NCBI GenBank assembly: GCA_030652995.1
Contig: JAUSAG010000036.1
Span: forward strand, 12,349-76,348
Length of the DNA: 64,000 nucleotides
DNA from: Methylotenera sp.
GTDB taxonomy: Bacteria > Pseudomonadota > Gammaproteobacteria > Burkholderiales > Methylophilaceae
Direction of reading: 5' to 3'
Each line of letters begins with the position of its first letter. The stretch's first letter is position 1. The translations under genes were made by a program, and so were the position numbers. This document shows positions 1-10,590 of the stretch, in pieces. Below the pieces are notes generated by a model. It did not search any database, was not told where the DNA came from, and was given only the letters and a program-made list of their open reading frames with translations.

Positions 1-59
1 TAACGCGACCGGTAATGCGCCTGCGACCACGCCGCGACTTGTGCCAGAAGAGGAATTGT

Positions 60-1154
60 ATGATTAGCCGATTATTCCATCGCTTCGTTGAGCATATTGA
101 TGCGTTTTTAATGGCCTGCTTGTTGTTTACGTTATTGGCAAGCTTATTCATACTGTACAGTGCATCTGGTCAAAGTTTTGAACGTGTCTATGCGCACGGT
201 ATTAATACTGCGGTGGCGCTCAGCGTACTGTGGGTGGTTGCAAACATTCCGCCCAACCAGTTAGAACGCATTGCGCTACCGCTATATTTGTTGGGCGTTA
301 TATTACTCATTGGTGTTGCCTTGTTTGGCACCATTAGCCATGGTGCACGACGTTGGCTAAATGTTGGCATTATCCACATTCAACCCTCAGAGATTATGCG
401 CATTGCGCTACCCATGATGCTCGCTTGGTATTTTGCTAAGCGCGAAGGCAAGCCCAAACCCAGCCATTTTGCATTTGCTGGTTTACTGCTAGCCATACCG
501 GTAGTGCTCATCATGAAACAACCCGATTTAGGTACCTCTTTACTTATCACGGCCTCTGGGTTTTTTATTTTGTTTTTAGCCGGCCTGAATTGGAAATTTT
601 TATTAGGAGCTGCGACTTTACTCGCGAGCCTCTCCCCTGTTTTTTGGTCAATGCTGCATGATTATCAGCGCCGTCGCATAGAAATTTTGTTTGATCCAAC
701 CCAAGACCCGCTTGGCGCTGGCTACCACACCATACAAGCGATTATCGCCATCGGTTCGGGTGGATCTGCAGGCAAGGGCTGGTTGAATGGCACGCAAACG
801 CAGCTTGATTTTTTACCTGAACGCACCACGGATTTTATTTTTGCTGTGTTTAGTGAAGAGTTTGGATTTTTAGGTAATATGTTGTTGCTGGGTCTTTTTA
901 GCCTGATTATCATTCGTGGGCTGATGATTGCTTCTCAGGCACAAAGTACGTTTTCCAGATTATTGGCAGGAAGCATTACGTTGACTTTTTTCACCTACGC
1001 GTTTGTTAACATGGGTATGGTGAGTGGCATTTTACCTGTGGTTGGCGTACCGTTGCCTTTAATTAGCTATGGCGGCACTTCTATGGTGATGTTGTGTTTA
1101 AGTTTTGGTATTTTGATGAGCATACACACCCATAAAAAACTGGTCGCCACCTAA
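60..1154 (+). CDS. rodA: Rod shape-determining peptidoglycan glycosyltransferase RodA (SEDS family)
   Basis: Polytopic membrane ORF with SEDS motifs (GARRWL, IQPSE, QPDLGT, PERTTDFIF, GVPLPLISYGGTS). The ATG at 60 (MISRLF) is more likely than the track start at 15. Confidence 0.96.
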   Translation: MISRLFHRFVEHIDAFLMACLLFTLLASLFILYSASGQSFERVYAHGINTAVALSVLWVVANIPPNQLERIALPLYLLGVILLIGVALFGTISHGARRWLNVGIIHIQPSEIMRIALPMMLAWYFAKREGKPKPSHFAFAGLLLAIPVVLIMKQPDLGTSLLITASGFFILFLAGLNWKFLLGAATLLASLSPVFWSMLHDYQRRRIEILFDPTQDPLGAGYHTIQAIIAIGSGGSAGKGWLNGTQTQLDFLPERTTDFIFAVFSEEFGFLGNMLLLGLFSLIIIRGLMIASQAQSTFSRLLAGSITLTFFTYAFVNMGMVSGILPVVGVPLPLISYGGTSMVMLCLSFGILMSIHTHKKLVAT

Positions 1155-1178
1155 CCTAACTTAAATGGAGGTTACTAA

Positions 1179-2147
1179 ATGATTCACTTTCAGCAAGGTC
1201 TTATTATCGTATGCATCATGTTTTTGGTCGCATGTGGTGGAAAGTCCGTACAAAAACAGAATAGTCCCGCACCAAACACGCAAGCCACTGCAGCAAAAGG
1301 AGGTTATTATTTAGATGACGGCCCGGGCGACAATGTGCCTGCAGATATTGATCTTATTCCGGGTGCAACACTTAAAACAGAAAAACCACTCACACGTGCC
1401 AATAGGCCGTATTCTGCTTTAGGTCAAAAATATACCCCGATGACAAGCTACGCACCTTATGTAAAGCAAGGTATGGCTTCATGGTATGGCAAACGCTACC
1501 ATGGCCAAAAAACATCCAGTGGTGAAATTTACGATATGTACGCCATGACAGGCGCACACACCACGTTACCTATCCCCAGTTACGTCAAAGTTACCAATCC
1601 TGAAAATGGAAAATTTGTAGTAGTGCGCATCAATGATCGTGGCCCCTTTAAGCATGAGCGGTTGATAGACTTATCTTATGCTGCCGCATATCAGTTGCGT
1701 CTTATCACGCAAGGTAGCGGTTTGGTAAAAGTTGAAGCGATTGACACCAGCGCTGAAGCGTTACGTAACAGCATTAGTAATCGCAATATAGAGGTAGCGA
1801 ACAACACTGCAACCAGTCCTTTACCCGCTGAAAAATTCCCAACAATAACGCCCGAGACTACCAATAGCAATGGCTCAGATCAATCAGTTGCCAACAGTAG
1901 GCCAGATGCAAATTCAGCTAGTTATTATGTGCAAGTTGGGGCTTTTAAAAATGAGGGCAATGGTGAATTATTGCAAAAGAAAATTCTAGGCTTAGATATT
2001 GGCGGCAATACCGCAGTTGCTAACGTGTATAATAATGGCTTGTACCGTGTCAAAATAGGTCCTTTTGATACCAGAAAAGAGGCAGATACTTCTGCCGGCA
2101 AAGTGCGTAAACAATTAAACATTTCCGCAATCGTTACCAATCAGTAA
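1179..2147 (+). CDS. rlpA: Septal ring lytic transglycosylase RlpA lipoprotein (DPBB + SPOR)
   Basis: Lipobox LVAC, GMASWYG, AHTTLPIPSYVKVTN, RINDRGPF, and a C-terminal SPOR domain (YYVQVGAF...YRVKIGPF). Confidence 0.95.
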   Translation: MIHFQQGLIIVCIMFLVACGGKSVQKQNSPAPNTQATAAKGGYYLDDGPGDNVPADIDLIPGATLKTEKPLTRANRPYSALGQKYTPMTSYAPYVKQGMASWYGKRYHGQKTSSGEIYDMYAMTGAHTTLPIPSYVKVTNPENGKFVVVRINDRGPFKHERLIDLSYAAAYQLRLITQGSGLVKVEAIDTSAEALRNSISNRNIEVANNTATSPLPAEKFPTITPETTNSNGSDQSVANSRPDANSASYYVQVGAFKNEGNGELLQKKILGLDIGGNTAVANVYNNGLYRVKIGPFDTRKEADTSAGKVRKQLNISAIVTNQ

Positions 2148-2165
2148 TTACTTATATAAGATTCC

Positions 2166-3347
2166 ATGCAAACTATTATTAAACCCCCAAACCTGAACTC
2201 TTTTATCAGCGGCGTTGCTGCAAGCACACTAGTAGCTTCTATACTTTTTAGCCAGTTTACGTATGCGAATACTACGCAAATTGCACCACCGCCAGATTTG
2301 GCAGTCAAAGCGTACTTACTTAAAGACTTTAATAGCGGGCATGTTATTGCAACCCAAAATGGGAGTATGCGTGTTGAGCCAGCCTCATTAACCAAAATAA
2401 TGACTGCTTATTTAAGCTTTAAGGCTGTTAAAAATGGCCACTTGACGCTTAACCAAACATTGCCTGTGAGCGAAGCTGCATGGAAGGCTGAAGGCTCTAG
2501 AATGTTTATTGAGCCCAATAAACCTGTCACGGTAGATGAGCTTTTGCACGGCATGATTATCCCCTCGGGCAATGATGCTTCTATCACCCTAGCCGAAGGC
2601 ATTGCTAGTACAGAAGCACTATTTGCCGGCATGATGAATAAAGAAGCACAACGCTTAGGCATGAAACACACACATTTTATGAACGCTACCGGCCTGCCCG
2701 ATGCGAATCATTATACGACGGCTGAGGATCTGTCGATTTTGGCCACCGCGTTGATTCATGATTTTCCTGAAGATTACAAACGTTTATACTCACTTAAAGA
2801 GTACACCTACAACAATATCAAACAACCTAATCGCAATCGCTTACTATGGTTAGATCCTTTTGTTGATGGCATGAAGACAGGCCACACAAAATCTGCTGGC
2901 TATTGTTTAATTTCTACGGCTAAACGCGACACTACACGCCGCATTGCAGTGGTTTTAGGTGCGCCTAATGACGCTGCGCGCGCAACTGAAAGCCAAAAGC
3001 TGCTCAATTACGGATTCCAGTTTTTTGATTCCACCCTAGTTTACAAGCAAGGGCAAAGTATCAGTCAGCTTAAGGTGTGGAAGGGTAGCGAAAATCAATT
3101 AGCGTCTACGGTTGCTAGCGACTTATATCTCACGCTACCCAAAGGTGAATATGCCAACGTCAAGGCTGTAGTTTCAAGCACGCAGCCGCTGATTGCCCCC
3201 ATTAAAAAAGGGCAGGTGATTGGCAATGTTAAATTTACCCTCAATGGCAAAATCATCGGTGAACGTGCGCTGGTTGCAGCCAAGTCTATTGATGCTGCGG
3301 GCATCTTTGGGCGTGCGTGGGATTCTATTAAACTACTTTTTCAGTAA
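2166..3347 (+). CDS. dacA: D-alanyl-D-alanine carboxypeptidase (PBP5/6)
   Basis: SxxK (ASLTK), SxN (SGNDA) and KTG (MKTGHT) motifs plus a PBP5 C-terminal domain; canonical position after rlpA. Confidence 0.94.
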   Translation: MQTIIKPPNLNSFISGVAASTLVASILFSQFTYANTTQIAPPPDLAVKAYLLKDFNSGHVIATQNGSMRVEPASLTKIMTAYLSFKAVKNGHLTLNQTLPVSEAAWKAEGSRMFIEPNKPVTVDELLHGMIIPSGNDASITLAEGIASTEALFAGMMNKEAQRLGMKHTHFMNATGLPDANHYTTAEDLSILATALIHDFPEDYKRLYSLKEYTYNNIKQPNRNRLLWLDPFVDGMKTGHTKSAGYCLISTAKRDTTRRIAVVLGAPNDAARATESQKLLNYGFQFFDSTLVYKQGQSISQLKVWKGSENQLASTVASDLYLTLPKGEYANVKAVVSSTQPLIAPIKKGQVIGNVKFTLNGKIIGERALVAAKSIDAAGIFGRAWDSIKLLFQ

Positions 3348-3427
3348 ACTTATATCAGCACATGCAAAAGTGAGTAAGCTTTTGGTGTGTATGGATTAAA
3401 TGTTTTTAAAAATGATGGTGAACATTC

Positions 3428-3709
3428 ATGACCAATATCGAGCCACACACCGCACCGCCCTTAATTGATTTTCCATGTGACTTTGCTATTAAGGTCATGG
3501 GGGAAACGCAAGAGACATTTTCTGCCACGATTGTTGCCGTCATTCAAACGATTGTGCCTGCATTTAATGCAGAGCAAGTAGAAATGCGCGCCAGTTCTAC
3601 AGGTAAATATATCAGTCTTACCTGCACTGTACACGTGATCTCTCAAGCGCAATTAGATGACATTTATCGCCTATTGAGTGCACACCCGTTGGTAAAATTT
3701 GCGCTCTAA
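3428..3709 (+). CDS. ybeD: YbeD/DUF493 family protein
   Basis: LIDFPCDFAIKVMG and SSTGKYISLT motifs; canonical position upstream of lipB. Confidence 0.9.
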   Translation: MTNIEPHTAPPLIDFPCDFAIKVMGETQETFSATIVAVIQTIVPAFNAEQVEMRASSTGKYISLTCTVHVISQAQLDDIYRLLSAHPLVKFAL

Positions 3710-3722
3710 TGATTAGCGCGTT

Positions 3723-4373
3723 ATGCAACAACCTTTAATAATAAGGCATTTGGGCGTGACAGAGTTTGAAGCCATCAGCCTTGCCATGCAAACGTTTACT
3801 GCAGCGCGCACCGGCAGCACCCCGGATGAAGTCTGGCTAACTGAACATCCTCCGGTCTATACATTAGGCCTTAACCGTAAAAATGTGCGTCAACCTATGC
3901 GTGATGATATCACCGTTATTAATACAGATCGTGGTGGAAAAATCACTTTTCATGGTCCGGGCCAAGTCATCATTTATGTGCTATTGGATTTAACACGGCG
4001 CAAGCTCAATATCCGTAGCCTAGTTAGCTTGCTCGAAAATACGGTGATAGAATTATTGGCAGATTACGATGTCATTGCCACGTCACAAAAAGAGGCCCCT
4101 GGCGTTTATGTACAACTTAAAGACGCTGGAATAGCAAAAATCGCGTCACTTGGTTTACGTATCAAAAATAATTGCTGTTATCATGGATTAAGTCTTAATG
4201 TTGAGATGGATTTAACTCCGTTTGAGGCGATAGATCCATGTGGCTACGCGGGTTTGAAGGTCATAAAAACTAAAGATTTAGGCATTACGGCAAATACACA
4301 AACATTAGGTGAGTTGTTGGTACAGAAACTTACCGCTAAATTAGAACATTTGCATGAGTCATTGGGCTCATGA
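3723..4373 (+). CDS. lipB: Octanoyltransferase LipB
   Basis: [42 protein letters not shown] and IDPCG motifs. Confidence 0.96.
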   Translation: MQQPLIIRHLGVTEFEAISLAMQTFTAARTGSTPDEVWLTEHPPVYTLGLNRKNVRQPMRDDITVINTDRGGKITFHGPGQVIIYVLLDLTRRKLNIRSLVSLLENTVIELLADYDVIATSQKEAPGVYVQLKDAGIAKIASLGLRIKNNCCYHGLSLNVEMDLTPFEAIDPCGYAGLKVIKTKDLGITANTQTLGELLVQKLTAKLEHLHESLGS

Positions 4374-4386
4374 TACGGAAATAAGC

Positions 4387-5352
4387 ATGACTAACGCTAC
4401 CCCCACTAAAGTTGCCAGCGCCAAAATCGCCGGAGTAAAAGAAATTGACGCGGCAAAAACTTCGCGTATTCCAATCAAAATCATTCCGCAACCGATTCAA
4501 CGCAAACCAGAATGGATACGCATGAAGGCGCCCGATGGCGCACGTTATCAAGAAATAAAACGGGTGTTGCGTGACAACAATCTGCATACCGTGTGCGAAG
4601 AAGCCAGCTGCCCCAATATCGGAGAATGCTTTAGTAGCGGCACAGCAACTTTTATGATTTTGGGTGACATTTGTACGCGGCGCTGTCCGTTTTGCGACGT
4701 GGCCCACGGCAAACCGCTACCACCTGATGTCAATGAGCCAGAAAACCTTGCTCGCACCATTGCACAAATGCAACTTAAATACGTGGTGATTACCAGTGTA
4801 GATCGTGACGATTTACTCGATGGAGGTGCGCAGCACTTTGTGGACTGTATCGTTGCCGTGCGTGCGCAGTCTCCCGATATCAAAATAGAAATTCTAGTGC
4901 CGGATTTTCGTGGTCGCCTAGATATTGCCCTGCAGATTTTAAGCAAGGCACCGCCCGATGTCATGAATCATAATCTGGAGACGATCCCACGGCTCTATAA
5001 ACAAGCAAGACCAGGCTCGGATTATCAGAATTCGCTCAATTTACTCAAGGCATTTAACGAGATTTATCCACACATCCCGACAAAGTCAGGCTTAATGCTA
5101 GGGCTTGGTGAAACAGATGACGAAATTTTAACCGTGATGCAAGATTTACGCGCACACAACGTAAGCATGCTCACATTAGGCCAATATTTACAACCAAGTA
5201 TTCATCACCATCCTGTGATGCGTTACGTTGATCCGAAAATTTTTGAAACATTAAAGCTAAAAGCCGATGCCATGGGCTTTAATAATACCGCCAGCGGCCC
5301 CATGGTAAGAAGTAGTTATCACGCTGACGCACAAGCGCATCAAGTCGTGTAG
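4387..5352 (+). CDS. lipA: Lipoyl synthase LipA (radical SAM)
   Basis: [12 protein letters not shown] and CTRRCPFC cluster motifs plus C-terminal RSSYHA. ATG at 4387 (MTNAT) chosen as start. Confidence 0.97.
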   Translation: MTNATPTKVASAKIAGVKEIDAAKTSRIPIKIIPQPIQRKPEWIRMKAPDGARYQEIKRVLRDNNLHTVCEEASCPNIGECFSSGTATFMILGDICTRRCPFCDVAHGKPLPPDVNEPENLARTIAQMQLKYVVITSVDRDDLLDGGAQHFVDCIVAVRAQSPDIKIEILVPDFRGRLDIALQILSKAPPDVMNHNLETIPRLYKQARPGSDYQNSLNLLKAFNEIYPHIPTKSGLMLGLGETDDEILTVMQDLRAHNVSMLTLGQYLQPSIHHHPVMRYVDPKIFETLKLKADAMGFNNTASGPMVRSSYHADAQAHQVV

Positions 5353-5467
5353 CTTTTTGCAACCTCGATGAAATGAAGTGTATGAGGTTAAGCAGGCAAG
5401 TCAGGTAGTGACAGCTCGAAAATTGAGGTTACAAAGCGCCTACAAAAAGCTTAAATAAAGGTAGATT

Positions 5468-6778
5468 ATGGTTCCGCATTTAACCACCGCACTTAATGGC
5501 CCGCTGCTGGATTTAGAAAAAAGCATGTTAGAGGCCATGCCAAACATTGAGCATTGGTTTCGCACCCAATGGCTAGAATATGCAGCGCCATTTTATGCCT
5601 CGGTTGATTTACGCAATGCGGGCTTTAAGTTAGCGCCTGTGGATACCAATTTATTCCCGGCTGGCTTTAATAATCTTAACCCGGATTTTTTGCACTTGAG
5701 TGTGCAGGCGGCAATGGTAGCGATAGAAAAAATATGCCCTGAAGCACATCGACTACTGATTATTCCTGAAAACCATACGCGCAATACCTACTACTTACGC
5801 AACGTACTTGAGCTTGCCAACATATTGAAGCAGGCGGGTATGGAAGTCAGAATAGGCTCTATTTCACCTGAAATTACTACGCCGACCAAACTTGAAACGC
5901 ACGATGGCCAGTATTTGTTGTTAGAGCCTGTGGTGCGTGTTGGCAACCGTATTAAATTACAGAGTTTTGAATCCAATGAACTGTCGCTAAAAGAATTCGA
6001 TAGCTGCGCCATTTTGCTCAATAATGACTTGTCTGGCGGCATTCCAGAAATACTAAAGAATCTGGAGCAGGATTTAATTCCACCACTCTACGCGGGCTGG
6101 AGTACACGCCGTAAATCACAACATTTTGCAGCCTACAACCGAGTAGCGGCTGATTTTTCAGCCCTTTTAGGCATTGATGAGTGGCTAATTAACCCCTACT
6201 TTGACACTTGCGGTGACATTGATTTTAATGCGCGTACAGGTGAAGATTGCCTTGCCATTAAAGTTGAACAGTTACTCGCAAAAATAAAAATTAAATACGC
6301 GCAATATGGCGTGACACAAGCGCCATTTGTGATTGTTAAGGCAAACGCTGGTACTTATGGCATGGGCATCATGACGGTAAAATCGCCCGACGATGTTCGA
6401 GGCTTAAACCGTAAAACCCGTAATAAAATGTCGGTAGTAAAAGAGGGGTTGGAAGTCACTGAAGTGATTATTCAAGAAGGCGTCTATACTTTTGAGAGCA
6501 TTAACGAAGCGGTTGCCGAACCTGTGGTATATATGATGGATCACTTTGTGATTGGCGGTTTTTATCGAGTGCACACTGGGCGTGCCATTGATGAAAACTT
6601 AAACGCGCCGGGCTCACATTTTGTACCGTTGGCCTTTGAAAAACCTTGCACTTTGCCTGACTGTGCGGGTGCGCCCGATGCAACACCTAATCGTTTTTAT
6701 GCATACGGCGTAGTCGCACGTTTGGCTTTGTTGGCTGCGGCAATTGAGTTGCAGGAGCAAGATCCGCTGAACCGATAA
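5468..6778 (+). CDS. gshA: Glutamate--cysteine ligase (betaproteobacterial GshA type)
   Basis: MVPHLTTAL start, FYASVDLRNAGFKLAPVDTNLFP, GTYGMGIM, GGFYRVH and NLNAPG; directly upstream of gshB. Confidence 0.93.
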   Translation: MVPHLTTALNGPLLDLEKSMLEAMPNIEHWFRTQWLEYAAPFYASVDLRNAGFKLAPVDTNLFPAGFNNLNPDFLHLSVQAAMVAIEKICPEAHRLLIIPENHTRNTYYLRNVLELANILKQAGMEVRIGSISPEITTPTKLETHDGQYLLLEPVVRVGNRIKLQSFESNELSLKEFDSCAILLNNDLSGGIPEILKNLEQDLIPPLYAGWSTRRKSQHFAAYNRVAADFSALLGIDEWLINPYFDTCGDIDFNARTGEDCLAIKVEQLLAKIKIKYAQYGVTQAPFVIVKANAGTYGMGIMTVKSPDDVRGLNRKTRNKMSVVKEGLEVTEVIIQEGVYTFESINEAVAEPVVYMMDHFVIGGFYRVHTGRAIDENLNAPGSHFVPLAFEKPCTLPDCAGAPDATPNRFYAYGVVARLALLAAAIELQEQDPLNR

Positions 6779-6853
6779 AAGTGTTGTAGAAATACTTTTA
6801 AAACATACCCAACGCGGGTGTAACAGATAGATTGATTTTTTGATAAGACACAG

Positions 6854-7852
6854 ATGAAACTACTATTTATTCTTGACCCACTTTCTAGCCTAAAAAGCTA
6901 CAAGGATACCAGCCTTGCCATCATGCGCGAGGCGAGTCAGCGTGGATATGAACTGTTTGTGAGCATGCAACACGACCTGTTCTTGCGAGGAAATATAGCG
7001 AGAATTAGTGCAAAAAAATTTATATTTACTGAGCAGAGTTTTTCAACCGAACCAGCGCTTAAATACGCACCCGCAGATTTTTCTGCCATTATCATGCGCA
7101 AAGACCCACCGTTTGATAACGAATATCTATACAGCACTTATTTGCTCGAAATTGCCGTGAGCCAAGGTGCAAAGGTTTATAACAACCCGACTGCTATTCG
7201 AAGCTGGAATGAAAAACTCTCTGTTACGCGCTTTGCACAATTTTCGCCTGAGTTTTTGGTAACGGCAAATAATGTGTTAATTCGAGATTTTTTAAATACA
7301 CATAAAGATATTGTAGTAAAGCCTTTAGACGGCATGGGTGGTAGTAGCATCTTTAGACTTACGTTAACCGACCCGAATATAAGCGTGATACTGGAAACCA
7401 TCACCCAATATGGCACACGCACCATTATGGCGCAACGTTATCTGCCCGCTATTTTGCAAGGTGACAAACGCATTATCGTGATTGATGGTGAACCATTACC
7501 TTACGCACTGGCGCGCATCCCACTCGCTGGCGAAACCCGTGGCAATTTAGCTGCCGGCGGCACAGGTGTTGCGCAACCACTCAACGCACGTGACCATGAA
7601 ATTGCCATCACCGTTGGTAAAATACTTAAACAAGAAGGGCTGTTTTTAGTCGGTCTTGATGTGATAGGTGAGCATTTAACCGAAATCAACGTCACCAGCC
7701 CCACTGGTATGGTAGAAATTGCTGTGCAGACAGACTGTAAGCCAGCCGGTGTTTTTATGGATGCATTGGCATTAAATCTGAAAGTTGCGCTAGAGCGTGA
7801 TGGCGCCGCTGCAACGGTAGCCTTGATGCAGCATAGCGAAATCGAGGTTTAA
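6854..7852 (+). CDS. gshB: Glutathione synthetase
   Basis: MRKDPPFD, KPLDGMGG, GDKRI, RGNLAAGG and EINVTSPTG motifs. Confidence 0.96.
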   Translation: MKLLFILDPLSSLKSYKDTSLAIMREASQRGYELFVSMQHDLFLRGNIARISAKKFIFTEQSFSTEPALKYAPADFSAIIMRKDPPFDNEYLYSTYLLEIAVSQGAKVYNNPTAIRSWNEKLSVTRFAQFSPEFLVTANNVLIRDFLNTHKDIVVKPLDGMGGSSIFRLTLTDPNISVILETITQYGTRTIMAQRYLPAILQGDKRIIVIDGEPLPYALARIPLAGETRGNLAAGGTGVAQPLNARDHEIAITVGKILKQEGLFLVGLDVIGEHLTEINVTSPTGMVEIAVQTDCKPAGVFMDALALNLKVALERDGAAATVALMQHSEIEV

Positions 7853-7853
7853 T

Positions 7854-8972
7854 ATGATATCCCCTCGATTTCATTACACTGCATCGAGGCTACGATCAAA
7901 GCTACGTTTTATGATCACTTTATTATTGCTTATCCTGCTAGGCCTCGCTATTTTCGGGCTAAACGCTTACAACAAAGAGCCGCTCTATCATAGTCAAAGT
8001 TATGTATTTGGCACCTTAGTCGATATCAGTATTTATGGCGAGCCTGATGCACGTGCCAGCATATTGAGCAATCAGATTTTGCAAGATTTTCAGAGCCTGC
8101 ATCATCAACTCCATGCGTGGAAACCAACCAGCGAGAATCAAACAAGCGAACTAGGCGCACTTAATCATGCTTTCTCGCAAGGTAAAGCCTCTGTGAGCAT
8201 TAGTCCGCAACTTGCAGAAATGCTCACGGATGCTACAAATTTTTCAGTTAAATCTCACGGCTTATTCAACCCGGCCATCGGCCATTTAATCAACACCTGG
8301 GGCTTTCAGCGTGACGAATTTGGCGCGGTCAATATTGACGATGATAAAATCAAAGCCTTGGTAAAAAGTAAGCCTAGCATGACGGACATCGTCATTAAAA
8401 ACAATAATGCTTATAGCAACAACGTGTCAGTAAAGCTTGATTTAGGCGGCTACGCCAAAGGCTATGCCTTAGACATGGCGGCCGATTATTTACGCAAACA
8501 ACAGGTTAAAAATGCACTCATCAACATCGGCGGCAATATCGTTGCCCTTGGTCAGCATGGTAAAAATCCTTGGCGCGTAGGCATACAACACCCACGCCAG
8601 CCATCGGCAATCGCCACGCTTGATTTACCCGATGGCTGGGCAATTGGCAGCTCAGGTGATTATCAGCGCTACTTTATATTAAACGGCAAGCGTTACTGCC
8701 ATATCATTGACCCACGCACGGGTTACCCTGTACAACATACACAAGCCGTGACGGTGCTTATTTCACCGCAGGCACATGCAGGCGTACTTTCAGATGTAGC
8801 CTCAAAACCTATTTTTATTGAAGCTGCTGAAAATAAAGCACAAGCTGCGGCTACATTTGGTATTGAAAATTGGATGGTTATTGATCAAAAATCTAATTTT
8901 CTAGTCAGTAAGGCGATGGCACAAAAACTACATTGGCTTGATACAAATGTTAAATTTTTCACACAACCTTAA
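7854..8972 (+). CDS. apbE: FAD:protein FMN transferase (ApbE)
   Basis: DLGGYAKGYALD, INIGGN, SSGDYQRYF and HIIDPRTG motifs. The start may be the ATG at 7911. Confidence 0.93.
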   Translation: MISPRFHYTASRLRSKLRFMITLLLLILLGLAIFGLNAYNKEPLYHSQSYVFGTLVDISIYGEPDARASILSNQILQDFQSLHHQLHAWKPTSENQTSELGALNHAFSQGKASVSISPQLAEMLTDATNFSVKSHGLFNPAIGHLINTWGFQRDEFGAVNIDDDKIKALVKSKPSMTDIVIKNNNAYSNNVSVKLDLGGYAKGYALDMAADYLRKQQVKNALINIGGNIVALGQHGKNPWRVGIQHPRQPSAIATLDLPDGWAIGSSGDYQRYFILNGKRYCHIIDPRTGYPVQHTQAVTVLISPQAHAGVLSDVASKPIFIEAAENKAQAAATFGIENWMVIDQKSNFLVSKAMAQKLHWLDTNVKFFTQP

Positions 8973-9345
8973 ACTCGCCGTTAAATCGCTGCGACTTGGC
9001 GATTGGCTCATTGTGGCAGGCAGCCTAATCGCCATTGTCTATTTATTTCAAATTTTATGGTCTAGCGAACACGCCACTAAAGTACAAATTAGGCTCGGTG
9101 ATAAAGTTTATGCCACCTACACCCTAAACCAACAGCGCGATGTACACGTGCATGGTCCCATCGGCAACGCTGTCATCAGTATTGCGCACGGCAAGGCGCG
9201 ATTTTCAAAGTCCCCATGCCATAATCAATACTGCGTGCATCAAGGCTGGCTAACGCGTGCAGGGCAAGCCGCTATTTGCTTGCCTAATCAAATTAGCTTA
9301 GAGTTGATAGGTGAAAACAAACCTTATGACTCACTTAACTATTAG
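8938..9345 (+). CDS. NusG domain II-containing protein (DUF1312/Lin0431-like)
   Basis: N-terminal TM (GDWLIVAGSLIAIVYLF), then the SPCHNQYCVHQGWL...AICLPNQISL motif typical of NusG_II proteins. Confidence 0.85.
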   Translation: MIQMLNFSHNLKLAVKSLRLGDWLIVAGSLIAIVYLFQILWSSEHATKVQIRLGDKVYATYTLNQQRDVHVHGPIGNAVISIAHGKARFSKSPCHNQYCVHQGWLTRAGQAAICLPNQISLELIGENKPYDSLNY

Positions 9346-9356
9346 CTACCATCACT

Positions 9357-9893
9357 TTGAAGCGCACAAAAATACAAACCACGGCTGACGACCACCGCAT
9401 TGCCAAGCTTGCGGCCTTTGCCATTGCCTTGCACATGATTGAAGCCGTGATTCCATCACCTATCCCAGGCGTTAAGCCCGGCATTGCCAACATCGTTACG
9501 CTGTATGTTTTAACTCAATATGGTTTTGCAACGGCGGCTTGGGTCAGTATTTTGCGAGTATTTGCCAGTAGCTTACTACTAGGCCAATTTCTATCACCCA
9601 CTTTTGCCCTTAGTTTAGGTGGCGCGGTTTTAAGTTTAATGATGTTATGGCTTGCCATGCACCTGCCGAAAAAATACTTCAGCATCGTGTCATTAAGCAT
9701 TTTAGCGGCTTTTGCCCACATTGCCGGGCAGTTGATGATCGTACGCCTATGGCTCATTCCCCATGCCAGCGTAAGTTACTTGATTCCTATATTTGCAATC
9801 GCGGCTCTGTTTTTTGGTTTAATCAATGGCCTCATTACGGCTAAGCTTATCTATAATAAGGCTTCAAATAAACCTGAGATGCCGCCACTTTAA
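9357..9893 (+). CDS. Gx transporter family protein (Hpre_diP_synt_I-like membrane protein)
   Basis: ALHMIEAVIPSPIPGVKPGIANIV, LSPTFALSLGG and AHIAGQL motifs; about 5 hydrophobic segments. TTG start. Confidence 0.85.
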   Translation: MKRTKIQTTADDHRIAKLAAFAIALHMIEAVIPSPIPGVKPGIANIVTLYVLTQYGFATAAWVSILRVFASSLLLGQFLSPTFALSLGGAVLSLMMLWLAMHLPKKYFSIVSLSILAAFAHIAGQLMIVRLWLIPHASVSYLIPIFAIAALFFGLINGLITAKLIYNKASNKPEMPPL

Positions 9894-9922
9894 GTATGCA
9901 AATACCACACAATATTGCCAGT

Positions 9923-10589
9923 ATGCTTAACCGCCTGAAATTTAACTTCTCGCAAAATAAGGCCTTGTTGCTGGCTGTGATTATCTCGTTGCTTTTTCAT
10001 TTTTTTTACTCGCAAAATCTCCACTCAAATTGCTAGAACTATACCAAGGCAGCCAACCCATAACTATCCGCTTGGTGAATATGGAGCCAGTACAAAAAAT
10101 TATTACAATCCAAGTATAACAAAGTCCGCCAAAACTTGCGCCAACACCACTAATCACGTCAGAATAGCCCATAAAAACAAACCAAAAATTAGAAGCTAAA
10201 ACTGACATAAATCCCATTAATGAGGCACCTTACACCATAGAAAAACCAGCAATAGAATCGCTAGTTGAAGATGTGCAGCAAGCTGAACAATTACTTGAGC
10301 CAACTATTATGGAGCCACTATCAACGGGAATAATAGAATCTGCAGAGATATCAGTTGTAAATGACAGTACCACCGCACCTACACCTACCATTTTGAGGGT
10401 GAAAAGGTTATTACAACTAAACTAGGTCAACTCCAAGCACTGTACCTGATTAAGGGTGATGGTGAACAAGCAAAAACAGAACTATGGCTTGCTTTAGACT
10501 ACCAATATCTACCTGTAAAAATTCGTAAAACAGAAAAAGATGGTAGTGTTATAGAGTAAGTTATTATCAAGCTAACTCTAACTATTTAG
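9923..10589 (+). pseudogene. DUF3108 domain protein remnant
   Basis: N-terminal TM/Pro-Glu-rich segment with a frameshift in a poly-T run and in-frame stops, joined out of frame to a C-terminal segment YHFEGEKVITTKLGQLQALYLIK...TELWLALDYQYLPVKIRKTEKDGSVIE* typical of DUF3108. The central part is absent. Confidence 0.7.
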
Positions 10590-10590
10590 T

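Noticed and set aside
2557-2577. DacA reads IIPSGNDA rather than the usual IIQSGNDA
   Set aside because: The catalytic SxN motif is intact, and a single substitution is not enough to claim altered function.
5355-5445. Loose inverted repeat TTGCAACCTCGA…TTGAGGTTACAA between lipA and gshA
   Set aside because: Short and imperfect with a long loop; it cannot be distinguished from chance.
9981-10217. 78-aa minus-strand ORF
   Set aside because: It is antisense to the DUF3108 remnant, which explains the region better.
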